From the NCBI GenBank assembly GCA_964188305.1, contig OZ076888.1: 64,000 bases of DNA, one strand, 5' to 3'. The position numbers were made by a program, and so were the translations under genes. The notes under the pieces are model-generated. The model ran no database searches. It was not told the DNA's origin and saw only the letters and a list, made by a program, of their open reading frames with translations. Source of the DNA: Podarcis bocagei. Its lineage: Eukaryota. The stretch's first letter is position 1, and every line of letters begins with the position of its first letter. This document shows positions 41,332 to 54,400 of the stretch, piece by piece.

Positions 41332-43693
41332 TTTTTTTTTTTTTTGTAAAATTTTTTATTGCGTTTCTTTCCATAGGTTAACAAGTTAATTTACATAGCA
41401 ACATACAAGAAACATTTTTTTTATATATATATGAAGAAAAGTAGAAAAAAGAAGACAAAAGTTAAATATCATCAAATTCACTTTCTTTTGGACCTCCTCG
41501 CATCCTCTCAGCATTGCTTTCATTATTCTAACCAGTTCAGCAATTTATTATCTTGTTTCACATCTTATTGTACCTTTGAGTTTATTATGTTACCAATTTC
41601 AGAAATTTGTAGTTTGTTTTCAAGACTTTTAATAAACATAATATTTTGTTTCTAATTTATCTCGTTTTTTTCGTCATTACTTACTTTATCATTTACTTAG
41701 ATAATTTGCAGAAGCGTGACGTTTCTTAATCGTGCAAATCTTAACATTCAAACAACTTATAGTATTTTTGCAAATAGTCCTTAAATTTTTTCCAGTCTTC
41801 CTCCATTGTTTCTTCGCTCAGATCTCGGATTCTGCCAGTCATTTCTGCCAACTCCATGTAGTCCATCAGCTGCGTCTGCCAATCCTCCAGTATGGGTAAA
41901 TCTGGTGTCTTCCAGAACTTTGCAATAAGGATCCTTGCTGCTGTGGTTGCATACATAAACAAAGTTCTATCCTTCTTTGGCACCTTCCGGTCCACCATGC
42001 CCAGAAGAAAGGCCTCTGGTTTCTTAGAAAAGGTATATCTGAATACCTTTTTCAGCTCATTATGTATCATTTCCCAAAAGGCCTTTACTTTCGGGCAGGT
42101 CCACCAGAGGTGAAAGAATGTCCCTTCTGCCTCCTTACATTTCCAACACTTATTATCAGAAAGATGATATATTTTAGCCAACTTGACTGGGGTCATGTAC
42201 CACCGGTATACCATTTTCATAATGTTCTCTTTCAAGGCACTACATGCCGTGAATTTCATACCGGTGTTCCATAACCTTTCCCAGTCCTCAGACATAATGT
42301 TGTGTCCTACATCCTGTGCCCATTTTATCATAGCAGATTTAACTGTCTCATCCTGTGTGTTCCATTTAAGCAGCAAGTCATACATCCTCGAAAGTACCTT
42401 AGTCTTTGGTTCTAGTAACTCCGTCTCCAGTTTCGATTTCTCCAACTGAAAACCCACTTTTTTATCCATTTTAAATACCTCTTGAATTTGAGCATAATGT
42501 AACCAATCTCGCACCTTATTTTTTAGTTTGTCCTGGCTTTGGAGCTTCCAATTATCTCCAACTCTTTCAATCAATTCCCAATATTTTGGCCAGTAGGCCT
42601 CCATATTGGGCCTTTTTTTAGAAATCTTGGCTTCCACTGGTGATAACCACCTCGGGGTCTTGCTTTCTAATAAGTCCTTGTACTTCATCCAGACGGCAAA
42701 GATTGATTTTCTGACAATACGGTTTCTAAACAGTTTGTGAACCTTCGCCTTGTCATACCACAAGTATGCATGCCAACCATACACATTATCAAACCCTTCC
42801 AGATCTAGGACATCGGTGTTTTCCAACAAAAACCAATCCTTCAACCAGCAGAAGGCTGCAGCTTCGTAGTACAACCTTAAATCCGGCAGGGCAAACCCCC
42901 CTCTTTCTTTTGAGTCAGTTAGTATTTTAAATTTTATTCGGGGCTTTTTGCCCTGCCAGACAAACTTAGAGATATCCTTCTGCCATTTTCCAAAACATTC
43001 CATTCTGTCCACGACCTGAAGGGTTTGAAATAAGAATAACATTTTTGGCAGAACACACATCTTTATAGCTGCGATTCGGCCTGACAAGGTAAGTTTCAAT
43101 CTTGACCAAATATCCAAGTCTTTTTTAATTTCCAACCAACATTTTTCATAATTATCTTTAAAAAGGTTTAAATTTTTAGTGGACAAGGATACCCCCAGGT
43201 ATTTCACTTTTTTAACCACACTTAGCTCTGTCTCTTTCTGGTACCCTTCTATCTCTGTAGGTGTCAGATTTTTGACCAAAACCTTAGTTTTTTGTTTGTT
43301 TAGCTTAAATCCCGCCACCCGACCAAACTCCAAGATAAGTTCCAGAACTCTTTTTGTGCTAGATTCTGGCTCCTGTACTGTCAAGACTAAGTCATCTGCG
43401 AAAGCTTTCAGTTTGTATTGTTTCGCTCCGACCACTATACCCTGCACCAACTGGTCCTCCCTGATCATATTCAGCAATACCTCCAGAACAGAAATAAATA
43501 GCAGAGGGGATAGAGGGCACCCCTGTCGTGTCCCTTTTTCAATTTGGAGTTCCTCCGATACCACATTGTTCACTATCAGCTTAGCTTTTTGCTCTGAATA
43601 AATTGCTTCTAGTCCATTTTCAAACCCCCGTCCCACTCCCATCCCTTTCAAGTTTTTCTTCATGAACATCCAAGAAATGTTGTCAAATGCTTT
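41332..43693 (-). mobile_element. L1-clade LINE, 5'-truncated, young; open partial ORF2 (41741-43693), 3' UTR, poly(A), 20-bp TSD
   Basis: RT motifs KAFDNISW, QGCPLSPLLF, FADD, KYLG; C-terminal CCHC knuckle CWKC...HLWWTC; T-run 41330-41345; TSD CTACAGCTCCCATGATTCTT at 41312-41331 and 43694-43713. Confidence 0.95.
41741..43669 (-). CDS. LINE ORF2 fragment (reverse transcriptase C-half plus CCHC domain), N-terminally truncated
   Basis: 642-aa ORF in the track; the frame continues to the truncation point at 43693; no endonuclease domain, so not autonomous. Confidence 0.85.
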   Translation of the reverse strand: MFMKKNLKGMGVGRGFENGLEAIYSEQKAKLIVNNVVSEELQIEKGTRQGCPLSPLLFISVLEVLLNMIREDQLVQGIVVGAKQYKLKAFADDLVLTVQEPESSTKRVLELILEFGRVAGFKLNKQKTKVLVKNLTPTEIEGYQKETELSVVKKVKYLGVSLSTKNLNLFKDNYEKCWLEIKKDLDIWSRLKLTLSGRIAAIKMCVLPKMLFLFQTLQVVDRMECFGKWQKDISKFVWQGKKPRIKFKILTDSKERGGFALPDLRLYYEAAAFCWLKDWFLLENTDVLDLEGFDNVYGWHAYLWYDKAKVHKLFRNRIVRKSIFAVWMKYKDLLESKTPRWLSPVEAKISKKRPNMEAYWPKYWELIERVGDNWKLQSQDKLKNKVRDWLHYAQIQEVFKMDKKVGFQLEKSKLETELLEPKTKVLSRMYDLLLKWNTQDETVKSAMIKWAQDVGHNIMSEDWERLWNTGMKFTACSALKENIMKMVYRWYMTPVKLAKIYHLSDNKCWKCKEAEGTFFHLWWTCPKVKAFWEMIHNELKKVFRYTFSKKPEAFLLGMVDRKVPKKDRTLFMYATTAARILIAKFWKTPDLPILEDWQTQLMDYMELAEMTGRIRDLSEETMEEDWKKFKDYLQKYYKLFEC

Positions 43694-45455
43694 CTACAGC
43701 TCCCATGATTCTTGATCATTGCCTCTGCTGGTAGGGGCTGATGGGAGTCATAGTCCAACAACACCTGGAGGGCTCCCGCTGCTTTATAGAGGACGCTGTG
43801 TGCAATAATTTTGCCAGCCTCAAGAGGGTGCTGGTGTGACAAGACAAAAAATGAATAGCGGTAATGATTGTTGAAATTACTTTCCTAATGGCATATAATG
43901 TAGAACCTGATGTATTCCATTAAGGCAGCAATCAAATTATAGTCATGTAATGACACATCTCAAACTTCTATAAAAAGACTTTGTAGGAAAGGAATGGTGG
44001 GAAGAGATTTCTATAATAAATTATGAAGAGAACTAGAATTTGTGAAAATTTTAATTGTTCTGCCTCCGCCAGGAACATGAGAGAGGAATAATGAACTGCC
44101 CTAGTTGAATATGAAAGCAAGGTTCTGCTTCTGTCGTAAAAAGCAATTGAGGAGGTGCCCGGTTTCACTAAGGGGTAAATGTGTGGATAATGACTGGTGG
44201 GACGGGAAAAATGGGCTCAGAGCTTTAGATGATCTCTTTGAATTATGTTAGTCTTGTGGGAGAATAAAGGATTTGATCGATCAATACAGATCCAATACCT
44301 GGTCTTGTGTGAAGCAAATGAAAAAGCAAGGCAAGGCACAGTACACAATACATTTGTCCAGGGTCACCCAATCTGCTTTTTGGGTGAATGGGAATTTGAA
44401 ACTGGATCTTCCCAGACCAAGTCCAGCACTCAAACTATTCCACCATCCCATGTCAACTAAATACTCAATGATTTGGTTAGCAAATCTTAATTCTTTCACA
44501 AAGACCATCTAGTGGCAAAGGCATTTCAATCATGAGTTTAAAAAATCAGTAACAAGCCACTTGTCTATAGCTACAATCAAGACTTGGTGATCTACAGCCA
44601 AGTACATTACTGCAGAAAACATGTGCTGTGTTGTGTGACTTTCAGTTCTACTTGTGTCTAATCTATCTGCATGCAAGCTATTTGATACTAATACTGTTAT
44701 TCAACAACTTTTGAATCTTGGTCTTCATTATCTCCAGATGAAGCATCACAAGCAGAGGTTTTGTGACCCACTTGTTATGCATGTTGAAAGTTGAACATGA
44801 GGAAGCAATGATGGATTAGCCTAGTGGAAAAATGTGCAGTATGTGCAGTGAATGGTAGCCAGACCTCTCTCTGAGCTTCTGGCAGGACTTGCTGGCTTTT
44901 CTACAGAATGCTTTCCAATTACATTGTAATAATCCAATCCAAAATTGGTAACTGATAGACAAAAAGCTCAATTTCACTTACTAACCCAAAAGCTTATTAA
45001 AGTCGTTAATAAATTGTTGGTCTATAGTTTTCTGATAGTTCTTATTTGTTAGTGTTGTAACCTGCTCTGAGGTCTTCTGACCAAGAGCGGGATGTAAAAT
45101 TTAAAAATACATAAATGAAAATTCATTGGCCGCATCTCAATATGAGCAGCTTGTTGTTCTGATTGAAAGTGGAGGGTAGAGTAGCCTCTTATTTTCAGCA
45201 TGCTTTTTGCTTCCTCGACATTCCTACTTTCAACCCTGAAATCCTCAGTGACACCCCCCCCCCTTCTTCTCTTACTCTGGTGGGAACAGACAGGGACACC
45301 CACCATAATCGGTAAGGCAGGAATAGTTCATAGATCCACTGTGGGGAGTCTAGGAGTCCTGAGCATCTGGCAGGGCTGGCCTGAGAGGATTATATGCCCT
45401 GGAGGAAAAATAGCTCTGCACCCATCCTCAGCTTTGGGTCTCTACTTTTCCCAGT

Positions 45456-45458
<3 letters not shown>

Positions 45459-45507
<49 letters not shown>
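45459..45507. repeat. (AC)n microsatellite within a degenerate hAT-like MITE
   Basis: Directly visible. Confidence 0.9.
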
Positions 45508-45510
<3 letters not shown>

Positions 45511-46065
45511 CTTGTCCTGACTGTCACTGACTTCTGAAGCTGTGCTGCCCAGCAAGGGAATGTGTTTCACAGTTGCTAGGTAACTGCAAAGCTCAGTCCT
45601 CAAGGATCTGGTTAAGCGTGGGTGGGGGTATACATGCCCCAGCCCCTCTGGTATCCCAGGTTAGGTCAGACTCCCTGTTTCTCAAAGTTAGCACCAGCGA
45701 GCTTCCGTGGGGCCTGTCCCACATGTTGCTATTCTGACTCCAGCTGCACCGATATGCACATGAACGGCTTCCCCTCCCACATCTCGAGAGCCATAGCAGG
45801 GCCTGCTCCAAACCCAAAGCCCTTTGAAGTGTGTCAGAAGCATTAAACAAAGAATGCAGTCTCCATGGAGATGGTACCCCACAAACTTGACCAATCTGCC
45901 TCAGCTCCCTCCCCCTTAACCGCACAGCACTCCATGTCCAATTATAACAAATCAGATAGGAAGAGAGATGGTTGGGTAGGATAAATGAGATGGAGGACTG
46001 TTGCAAAATGCCAAACTGCATGAGGAAGCTTAATCTGCAGATACAAATAGTTATTCAGAGATGTT

Positions 46066-46131
<66 letters not shown>
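46066..46131. repeat. Compound (GT)n(GA)n microsatellite
   Basis: Directly visible. Confidence 0.9.
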
Positions 46132-46132
<1 letters not shown>

Positions 46133-46511
46133 TCTGTTCCTATCTAGCAACCCATTCAAGGTGCATAGTATTTGTGTTTATGCCCAAACCTATTGTCCAG
46201 CCTACAGCTGATTATGTAATGATAATGCAATTGGTTCCCTCTTCTCTATAATGTCCACTGTTACTGTATCCCCAGCACCACCACCATTTTCCGGGTCACA
46301 ACCACACCACACATTTATAGCACATAGCTTCATCCAAAAAATCTTGGGAATGGTAGTTTGTTAAGGCTGCTGGGGAACTGTAGCTGTATGAAGAAGTAAA
46401 CTACAGTTCTCAGAATTCTTTGGTGGAAGCCATGTGCTTTAAATGTATAGTGTGAATATTCCTGCAAACTAGCTCCCTTCAGAGTGAATGGTGTGTGCTT
46501 GTGTATATATA

Positions 46512-46737
46512 CAGTGGTACCTGGGGTTACAGACGCTTCAGGTTACAGACTCCGCTAACCCAGAAATAGTACCTCGGGTTAAGAACTTTGCTTCAGGATG
46601 AGAACAGAAATTGCATGGCGGCGGCACGGCGGCAGTGGGAGGCCCCATTAGCTAAAGTGGTGCCTCAGGTTAAGAACAGTTTCAAGTTAAGAACAGACCT
46701 CAAGAATGAATTAAGTTCTTAACCCGAGGTACCACTG
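46512..46737. mobile_element. Tc1/mariner (Tigger/pogo-like) MITE
   Basis: TA|CAGTGGTACCTGGGGTTA...TAACCCGAGGTACCACTG|TA; internal GGTTAAGAAC repeats. Confidence 0.88.
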
Positions 46738-47904
46738 TACCAGGTAAGGAAGAAACAGCATTAAACTGGCTTGTAGGAATTGAGATGTTTTCCTTATCAA
46801 GGAAAGTTTTGGGGTGCAGAAATCTAAGTAGGAAGCCCAAGGTTGAGGAAGCAGTGAAATATGAAGATAGACTAGCTAGACTCCCAAATTTCTGTCGATG
46901 GCCCCAGGGGCCAAGAGCAAAGAATGCCAGTTGTGTTACCTTTGTGTTGTAGTTGTAGTTGTAGTTACATGGTTCAACAAGGCCCAAACAGTTTTCTCTT
47001 TGCCTGCAGTGCTTGTGAACATTGTGCATGAGGATTAATTATCATTCCAGCCTTTCCTCATACACCTTTCCTTCCATATCGTTCCAGCGTTTTTATGGAA
47101 GAGGGAAAGCAAAATAGCACGGCTACTCACCAATGAAAGGGGTGGGAAGGTGTTGCTTAGTTAATTGCCTAATGTTAGAAGAGCTGCCCCAGAGTCTGAG
47201 ATAGGAGATTGTGCACCCAAGAGAGGAAGGTAAGTACTGAATATTTAGCATCTTTTAACAAAGATAGCATATTCTAAACAGAAGCCTTTTCAGGAGTTAA
47301 CAGAGTTCCTTCCCTTGTGCACTGAAATCCAACACAGCAAACTCCTGTGCACACTTTCTAATATTTTCTTTTGCCATGAAAATAATTCAAACTAAGGGCC
47401 CATGGAGAGGTTTGGGGCTGGAGCCACTATAAGCTGATGGTTCAGACTTCAGCCATTTCAGTCCCACTTGCCTCCCAGGTCCCTTTCTCTCTATATTGCT
47501 TGTACTGTTGGGTTCTCTCCAACAAAGAAGCCTTGCAGGGTTATTTTACTGATTAATAGACTAGCTTTCTACTTGCTGCTGCCAAAACTGCCTGCTGTAT
47601 TTCTTCATGCTGTCACTCTGTGTTGCCTTCAGGACAAAAAAAAAAAAGAGTCTAGCCCACCCTAACTGAACTTGTGCAGAGTTACTGACTTCCATGATTA
47701 AGAATTACATTTTCCACAGCAGCAAGGCCTCTAAAAGTCTCTATGGAACCAGATAGTGCACAAACCCCATTGACCCTTCTCCAGCAATTAGAGGGTGAGA
47801 TCCTGGCTAACTCCTGCTGTCTCTTTCTGGATCTGCCATTGCTGAAAGGGGCTAATAATGTTCTCTTGCTTCTCACCTAACTGTGGAAGAACTCATGAAG
47901 CCAT

Positions 47905-48035
47905 CATTGGGTGACCCACCTCACAGGATTGTTGTAAAGATTACATGAGTGGAGTAGGGGGACACAGACACCATCCTGAGCTCCTTGGAGGAAAGGCAGG
48001 ATAAAATTTAATTAATTAATTAATTAATTAATTAA
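47905..48035 (+). mobile_element. MIR-like/Squam3-type SINE 3' fragment with (TAAT)n tail
   Basis: CCTCACAGGATTGTTGTAAAGATT...GAGCTCCTTGGAGGAAAGGCAGGATAAAA then (TAAT)n. Confidence 0.6.
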
Positions 48036-51000
48036 CAAGTCAAGCTCTTTCCCTCGTCCCATGCCTCATGTTTTACAGTTGTGGTGATACAATTCTGACT
48101 GACAGAAGTTCCTAAATATTTTTTATTTAATAATTTGTTTAATTCTCCCAACCAAACTGTGTTACAAAAGTAATATTGATTATTGTATAAATGTAAATGT
48201 AAATATAAATATTAAATATAAATTGCCCCTCCCCCATGAGGATATCAGGATTCAGATTACATTTCTTTAAAACATAATATAGTCTACAAGTCCAATTAAA
48301 AATCTTATATTTAGCATAATATTTGATGTTCTATGATATATAACACTAATTTTTCCTTTACAGTGTTCATTCTGTTCTATGAAGTTCCTAAATAAGTAGT
48401 GGGACCTCTTTTTAAAATGCTGTGGTTTATCTCTTTAGGATTCCAGTCAGACCCTATCCCAACATTTTCCCAAAAGCTGTGGAGTAGAGGCAAAACTTGG
48501 TCATGGTTTAAGCAGGCCTAATTTTTTGTCTTGAGGGCAGAAATGTCCTCTGCCTGTTTTCTGCAATGTTAAGAAACAGAAATTGCTGACAAGGCCTTAG
48601 TCAAATTAAGAAAATACACCATTGTGAAGAAGTTACAATATTTTTACTCAATTGCAGCTGGCAGCTCTGAGTGACCTTCACAAGTCTCTTTGTGCCCTGA
48701 TAAGGCTCAAAGACATGCCAGTTCCTCAGAACAATGGAAACCTGTTTCTGCAGGTGTCTGCCCCATGACCTTTCATTTACTATTTTGCCTTCTCTTTAAG
48801 AAAAGGGATTTCTTGCTTTAAATTTGTCCCTTCTTCATGTTCGGAGCTGCTTGTGGCCATTTTCCTTCTTGACTAGTCCTTTGAGACTGGGGCTTTGGTT
48901 TATGAACAATCTTAAGTTTTATATACACAATTTTCTTATTTTATTTTCACTTATTGACTGGTGAGGTTTAAACATAAACATTTTATTATTCAGCCTTTTC
49001 CCTCCAAAAAAAATTCATCTAGATCCTACCAAAGTATCTAGAATTTATCTCTTAACACTCCTCCGAGTCCACAGAAACCTGTTCCTTTGAACCTCTGCTT
49101 GGTTGGTAGCCTTAATATTCTTTTTAAATTCTTTCCTTACTATTTGGGGGAGTTACTGTAGAGCCATAGCATAGCAAAGCTCTTAACTAGTTTGGAAAGG
49201 TGGAAGTGCTAGGTGGTAAGTCAAAGAAGAGCTGAATAGTTAAAATTGTTGATAATTTTGCATGTTATAATTATGTTTCGTTGTTTCGATGGTTTTCTCC
49301 CTTCACTGTGCCTAGATCACTTTGGTCTCAAGCTTTGCACACCTGTCACAGGAGAACTGTGGAGGAAGCCAATTCCACTGCTCCCTGGGAAGGGCAGGTG
49401 TAGGCCTGATGCATCCTCTCCTCCCATAACTCAAAGTAATTACTCATAGCCTTGAAAATCATCCTCACCTGAGGTTCAGAGGAACAGGTGGGCAGGGAGT
49501 TATATACTGTATTTCACTTTTGTTGCTGTTGGTTGCTCTACCACAAGTTTTACCTTGGTGTCATAGACCGACTATTTCCTAGTAAGGTCTGGACTGATGG
49601 CAATAGTCCTCCCCCCCCCCGCCTTGCAGTGTGGAGATTGGCTGCTCCCAGAAACTTGGGGAAGCCAAGGGATTGCTGGATGCTATGGGAGGATTCTCCA
49701 TGACTGGCCCTGGTCTTGCTGTGTAATGGTAAGAGAAACATTAACATAGTTACTCATGAGGGTGCACTCTCCAGCAGTGTGGAGGAGCTCTGACGGATGA
49801 AACAGGCAGGATGGTGGCTAAGGTGGTACAAATGTTGTATCAAATGCAACCAAACATAGTCAAGATTGCATAATCATGCCTACCACATAGCAGTGAAGGA
49901 GGCCTTGAGAAGTTGTCCAGCAGAACTTTTCTTAGAGATGATGGGGTTGGTGGGAACTTCCCTGGAGGGCAATAGACTAGAACCCTTTGACTCCTGTTGA
50001 GACAGGTTTGCTAGGCACTTTGGTGGCAAAGTTGCTCACATCTGGGCTAAGCTTATGACAGGTCTAGTGGGGTGTCTAGAGCACTGGTCTTCAACCTAAT
50101 CCAAGGTGGTTTGCAGCAGGAGCACTCTACCACCATGCATGGTACAAGATTACGAAATGGGTCCCCAAATGCATGTTGGGTTTAAAAGTGGGTCCTGGGC
50201 CTGAAAAGGTCTAGACTACTGGTCTAGATTGCTCTTATCTGGTTTGGGATGAGTTTCTCTTGATGAGGCTCAAGGTTGTAGACAAGATACTTTAAAGCAT
50301 TTGGCCTACCACCTGAAATCTCAACCTTTGCACTTGGCTTGTAAGAGCTAGTCAAGGGGGAATGACTGTGGGTGGCTAATTCCACCTTTCAGGAAGGGAA
50401 TGTGCCAACTGCTTTGGAAGAGGCAGTGCTGTACTCCTTCCTCAAGAAGACCTCCCTGAACCTGGGAGAGTGTAACAATGATGAGTTTTCTTTGAGCTTG
50501 ATCTGGGAGTGAAAATGGTACCTTTCGCAGAACAAAAATTACTGAGTGTGTTTCTACAGTGAGCCTACTGCTCAAATGATGCATGTCTTTATGCATGCTG
50601 AATACACCTTAATTGTACGTAAGATAAATGGACAGCCCTTAGCAATTTAGAGTAAACAGAATAAAAAGCGGAGAAAGCTATATATTGTTGTATGGGTAGA
50701 ACGGCTTCACTATTTGTATTTTGAACACCTTAAAAATGGCACTAGCCTTAACAGGCAGTCATATTCAACAAAATAAGAACTCAGTAGTTTAATCTAGAAT
50801 TTGCTTTTTTGTTGACTGAGGTGATAATGCCAAGTTGGCTGTGTCTTTCTCAACCCTACCCATGTGCATATGGTTAGCCTCTCTCTTTAGCTGTCATTAA
50901 GGAAGACTTCCAAGTTGGTGCTGTATCTGCATTGAATGCAAATAGGTGTTTCCTCCTTGCTGCCAAATTTGCACCTGCTTCTAGTAAGGAAAATGTACCA

Positions 51001-51534
51001 AAAGATTGCCAAATCTGGTACCATATGCTCCAGATTTACCACCAGTCAGAATCTAAGACTGCCTAATGAATGAGTCTGCCTTTTGACATAACGAATAGGT
51101 ATGTGGGATGTAATATACACCTAAACAGACAAATAAATTGTGGGCTACCCTAAATAGTAAGCAGAATGACCCTAAATAGTAAGCAGAATGCTACCCATGG
51201 ATTGGTTGTGGAGACCAACATTTGTGGCAAACAAGCAGGATCTTTGGAGATAGGATCAATCAGCAGCATTTGAAGAGTTATTGTTGCTGTTTAGAGGCAG
51301 AATTGCTCAGATTTGGACAAAATTGGATACCACAATTTGAGCAAGTCCAATGAGGATGTCTAGAGTACTGTCTGTTCCATCTATACTGGATTAGCTTACA
51401 TTATTGCAGCCTGATAATGTGGATAAGTTGCTTCAAGAAGTACAGCCAACCACCTGCCTCCTTGTGCCTTGCCCATCTTGGTTTATTGGAGCTAGTCGTA
51501 GGGAGTAGACTGGGTGGGTTCAGGAACTTCACTG

Positions 51535-52130
51535 GAGAAGGGGTAGATGGAGGCAGTGGTTTGTCCCATCCTTAAGGAGACCTCCCTGGACCCAGAAGTG
51601 TTAACAGTTATTGCCGTGGAGAATAGAGAGTTGACAGTCTACTTTCAGGCCTGCTTGGAGGAAACTGATTACTCGGAGACATTCAAGTCTGGCTTTAGGT
51701 CTGCTTGTGGCACTTAAGCTGCCTTAATCACCCTGGTTTATTACATTTGTCAGGAGAGAGATGTGTGGGCAGTATGACCCTGCTCATTCTCCTCAATCTC
51801 CCAGTGGCTTTTGATACTGTTAACCATGGTTTCCTTCTGTAGCATCTCAGGGAGGAGGTGGGGCTTGAAGGCACTGTGCTTCACTGGTTGCACTCCTACC
51901 TCTAGAATGGTTTCCAGAAAGTAGATATGGGGGGCTACAGTCTGGCATGATGGGAGGTGTCCTGTAGTGTCTGTCCCACTGGATTTCATCTTGCCCCGAT
52001 GCTATTTAACATTTATATGAGGCTTCTGGGAGCTGTCATTAGGAGATTTTTGGTGAAGTGCCATCAATAAGCAGATGGCACCCAGATTCTAGTCCATTTG
52101 AATCTGGAGAGGAGGTTGAGATGTTAGAAT
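51535..52130 (+). mobile_element. Degenerate L2-clade reverse transcriptase fragment (shorter related piece at ~50400-50480)
   Basis: Broken RT-like reading (EAVVCPILKETSLDP, SGFR, AFDTVNH-like). Confidence 0.6.
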
Positions 52131-52839
52131 GGTGCTTGGAAACTCTTACTGGGGGGACACCAGCATGCCCAGGTGGGTGTGTTACCTGTCTGTAATAGAC
52201 ATCAACAGTCAATATAGGAGTAGACGAGAGATAATCAGTGGTGGTCTGATATTGGGCTTGGGCAATCATCTGCATGTGAATATCCAAATGGTAGTGTCAT
52301 ATATAGGTAGGGTAAGGTAAGGTATGATAAGGACATATGTGGACCCCATTCTCTCATCATCAGTTTGACCACCTTCAAGTTAAATTCCAAACCCCAGCAG
52401 CTATGGATAGTCTAGTTTCCTGTAGATTAAACACCCCCACACCCACACCCCCTACTACACCTGAGAAGCTGATGCGATTCCAGGTATCTTAAGGTTACAT
52501 CCCTTTGTTTTTCAGCCCCATTGATACTGAAAGCTCAGGGTGTTCGCAGATTCCCTTGTGTTCCCCAAAGGGCATGGCACCATAGCTTGCCAATTCACTT
52601 TAGAAGAGTCTTCCTTTGAAACTTACATCACCCTGGCAATTGAACTAAAAAACATGCATTTATTCAAGGGGAGTTGGGTGGACTCATTGATCGGGTGAGA
52701 TGGTGGAAAAAGCCAATATGGTTTGTTTTGTGTTCTTGTATAGATCGGATTGTGACCTCAAAGAGTTTACATCAAAACACAACCTATCGACAGAAATCAT
52801 ACACAAAAAACCCTGTTTATCACAAAGGACACCACAGTC

Positions 52840-54400
52840 CCATTGTGTGTGTGTGTCCGAGTACGAAGGGCGACTCTTCTTCTCTGGGCCTGTGTGTCTG
52901 TCCTGCTACTTTCGGACGCTCTTCGCCTATTTTTCCTCTATGTGCATCTTTACTGCGTCTCTCCACGACAGACTCTCAGAGCGTGTGCTTCGCTGCGTGT
53001 GTGTGTATACACACGTACGTGTGTGTACACGCGCGTGTATAGCTCTCTCTTCCACGGAGGTGTCTTGCCTCTTGGCTGGTGATTCCGCGAGTGCGTTATG
53101 TGGGAGCCTCCTCTCTGCTCCCTGGGCAGACAGTGCGCGCCTTTCTCCCGGCCCTCTGTCGGAGAAGAGGGTGGGTGGGTGGCGGTGGCGGGGAGAGATC
53201 TGTGCGCCCGAGGCGGGTGAGGAGACTGAAGGGGGGACGGGGGCGGAGCCAAGGCTGCTCCTGCTGTCTGGGCTTGATGGATGAGACGGGGGCTCCCGAT
53301 GTGTGTCTTTGAGAGCGAGGCAGCGAGACGCGAAGGCAGCGCGTGTTCCTGTGCTTAACCCTCCCGGGCGGCCGGAGCTGCTTCTTCCTGCGACCCGGAC
53401 AGGCGACGAAGTGGAAGCAGCAGCAGCCGGGGTCGCCCGCCTTCGCCAGAAGGCAGCCTCTCCACGCCGCCTCGGCGAGCGCGCCGTGCGATCATGTGCG
53501 GGGCAGCCCCTCGCTAGCCAGCGCAGGCAGCATGGCTCCCGCGAAGCGAGCGGCGTCGGGCGGCGTGTGGCTGCGGGCGGGAGCCTGCCTCTTGGCCTGG
53601 GCGGCCTTTTGCCGGGTCCGGGCGAGCGCCTGTCCCGCGCCGTGCGCCTGCAGCGGCACCACCGTCGACTGTCACGGGCTGGGGCTCCGCAGCGTCCCCA
53701 AGAACATCCCGAGGAGCGCAGAAAGGCTGTAAGTGCTGGGGGGCGGGGCGGATCGCGGGCCTCGGAGGGGGAGACGTTTGCGACCCCGGGGGGTCCTGGG
53801 GGTGGCCCCTCTCTCGGGTAGGGGCTCCGCCGGTGCCGGCCGCCACACCCCCTCTCCCGCCCTCACAATGGAGCCCCGCCGCTTAGGATGTGCAGCTGCG
53901 AGACGCGCTCAGACGGTCCGAGATGGGGGGCAGACAATGATCCATCTGGGGGACGTCGGGAGGGAGTTGGGTCGGGCTGAGGCGGCCGCCGCAGATCCCT
54001 TCGGAGTCTCCGGGAACAATCACTCGATTGCCTTTGTTAGGGAACTGCGGCGCGCGCCCGTGCGGGTGTGCCCCCCTCCCAAACCATTGGGTGGGTGTGT
54101 AACGTCTTCCCAATCCACCCCGCCTCTCACACGTGCGCCAGAGTCCGGTGGCCTGCAGGTCCGGGTCAGGTTTAGAGCAGCGCGGGTCGGGGGGGGGGAT
54201 TCCTGCTGGGCGCGATCCGGCCGTTGCGCTGCGCCTCCTTGCAGCGCGTGAGATGCCCGGGACCAGGCTAACTTTAGCTGCACGAGCTGGCTGCTCGGCG
54301 AGGTTCCGGAAACGGGGAGCACGCACCGTGGACGCGTATGTGTGTGCTGGCGCGTTCACGCGGGTGTGAATCTCCTGTGGGCCGGCTGGCGGGGGCTGCT
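52840..54400 (+). promoter_or_regulatory. SLIT1 CpG island / promoter and first exon region
   Basis: Sharp rise in GC and CpG density around the SLIT1 ATG; GC box GGGGCGGAG near 53240. Confidence 0.85.
53532..53728 (+). CDS. SLIT1: Slit homolog 1, exon 1 (signal peptide plus LRRNT); later exons outside the window
   Basis: [66 protein letters not shown]; donor ct|GTAAGT (phase 2); position after ARHGAP19 matches SLIT1 synteny. Confidence 0.93.

Noticed and set aside
54319-54340. REST/NRSE-like motif (GCACCGTGGAC) in SLIT1 intron 1
   Set aside because: Only the core matches; flanks deviate from TCAGCACCnnGGACAGnGCC
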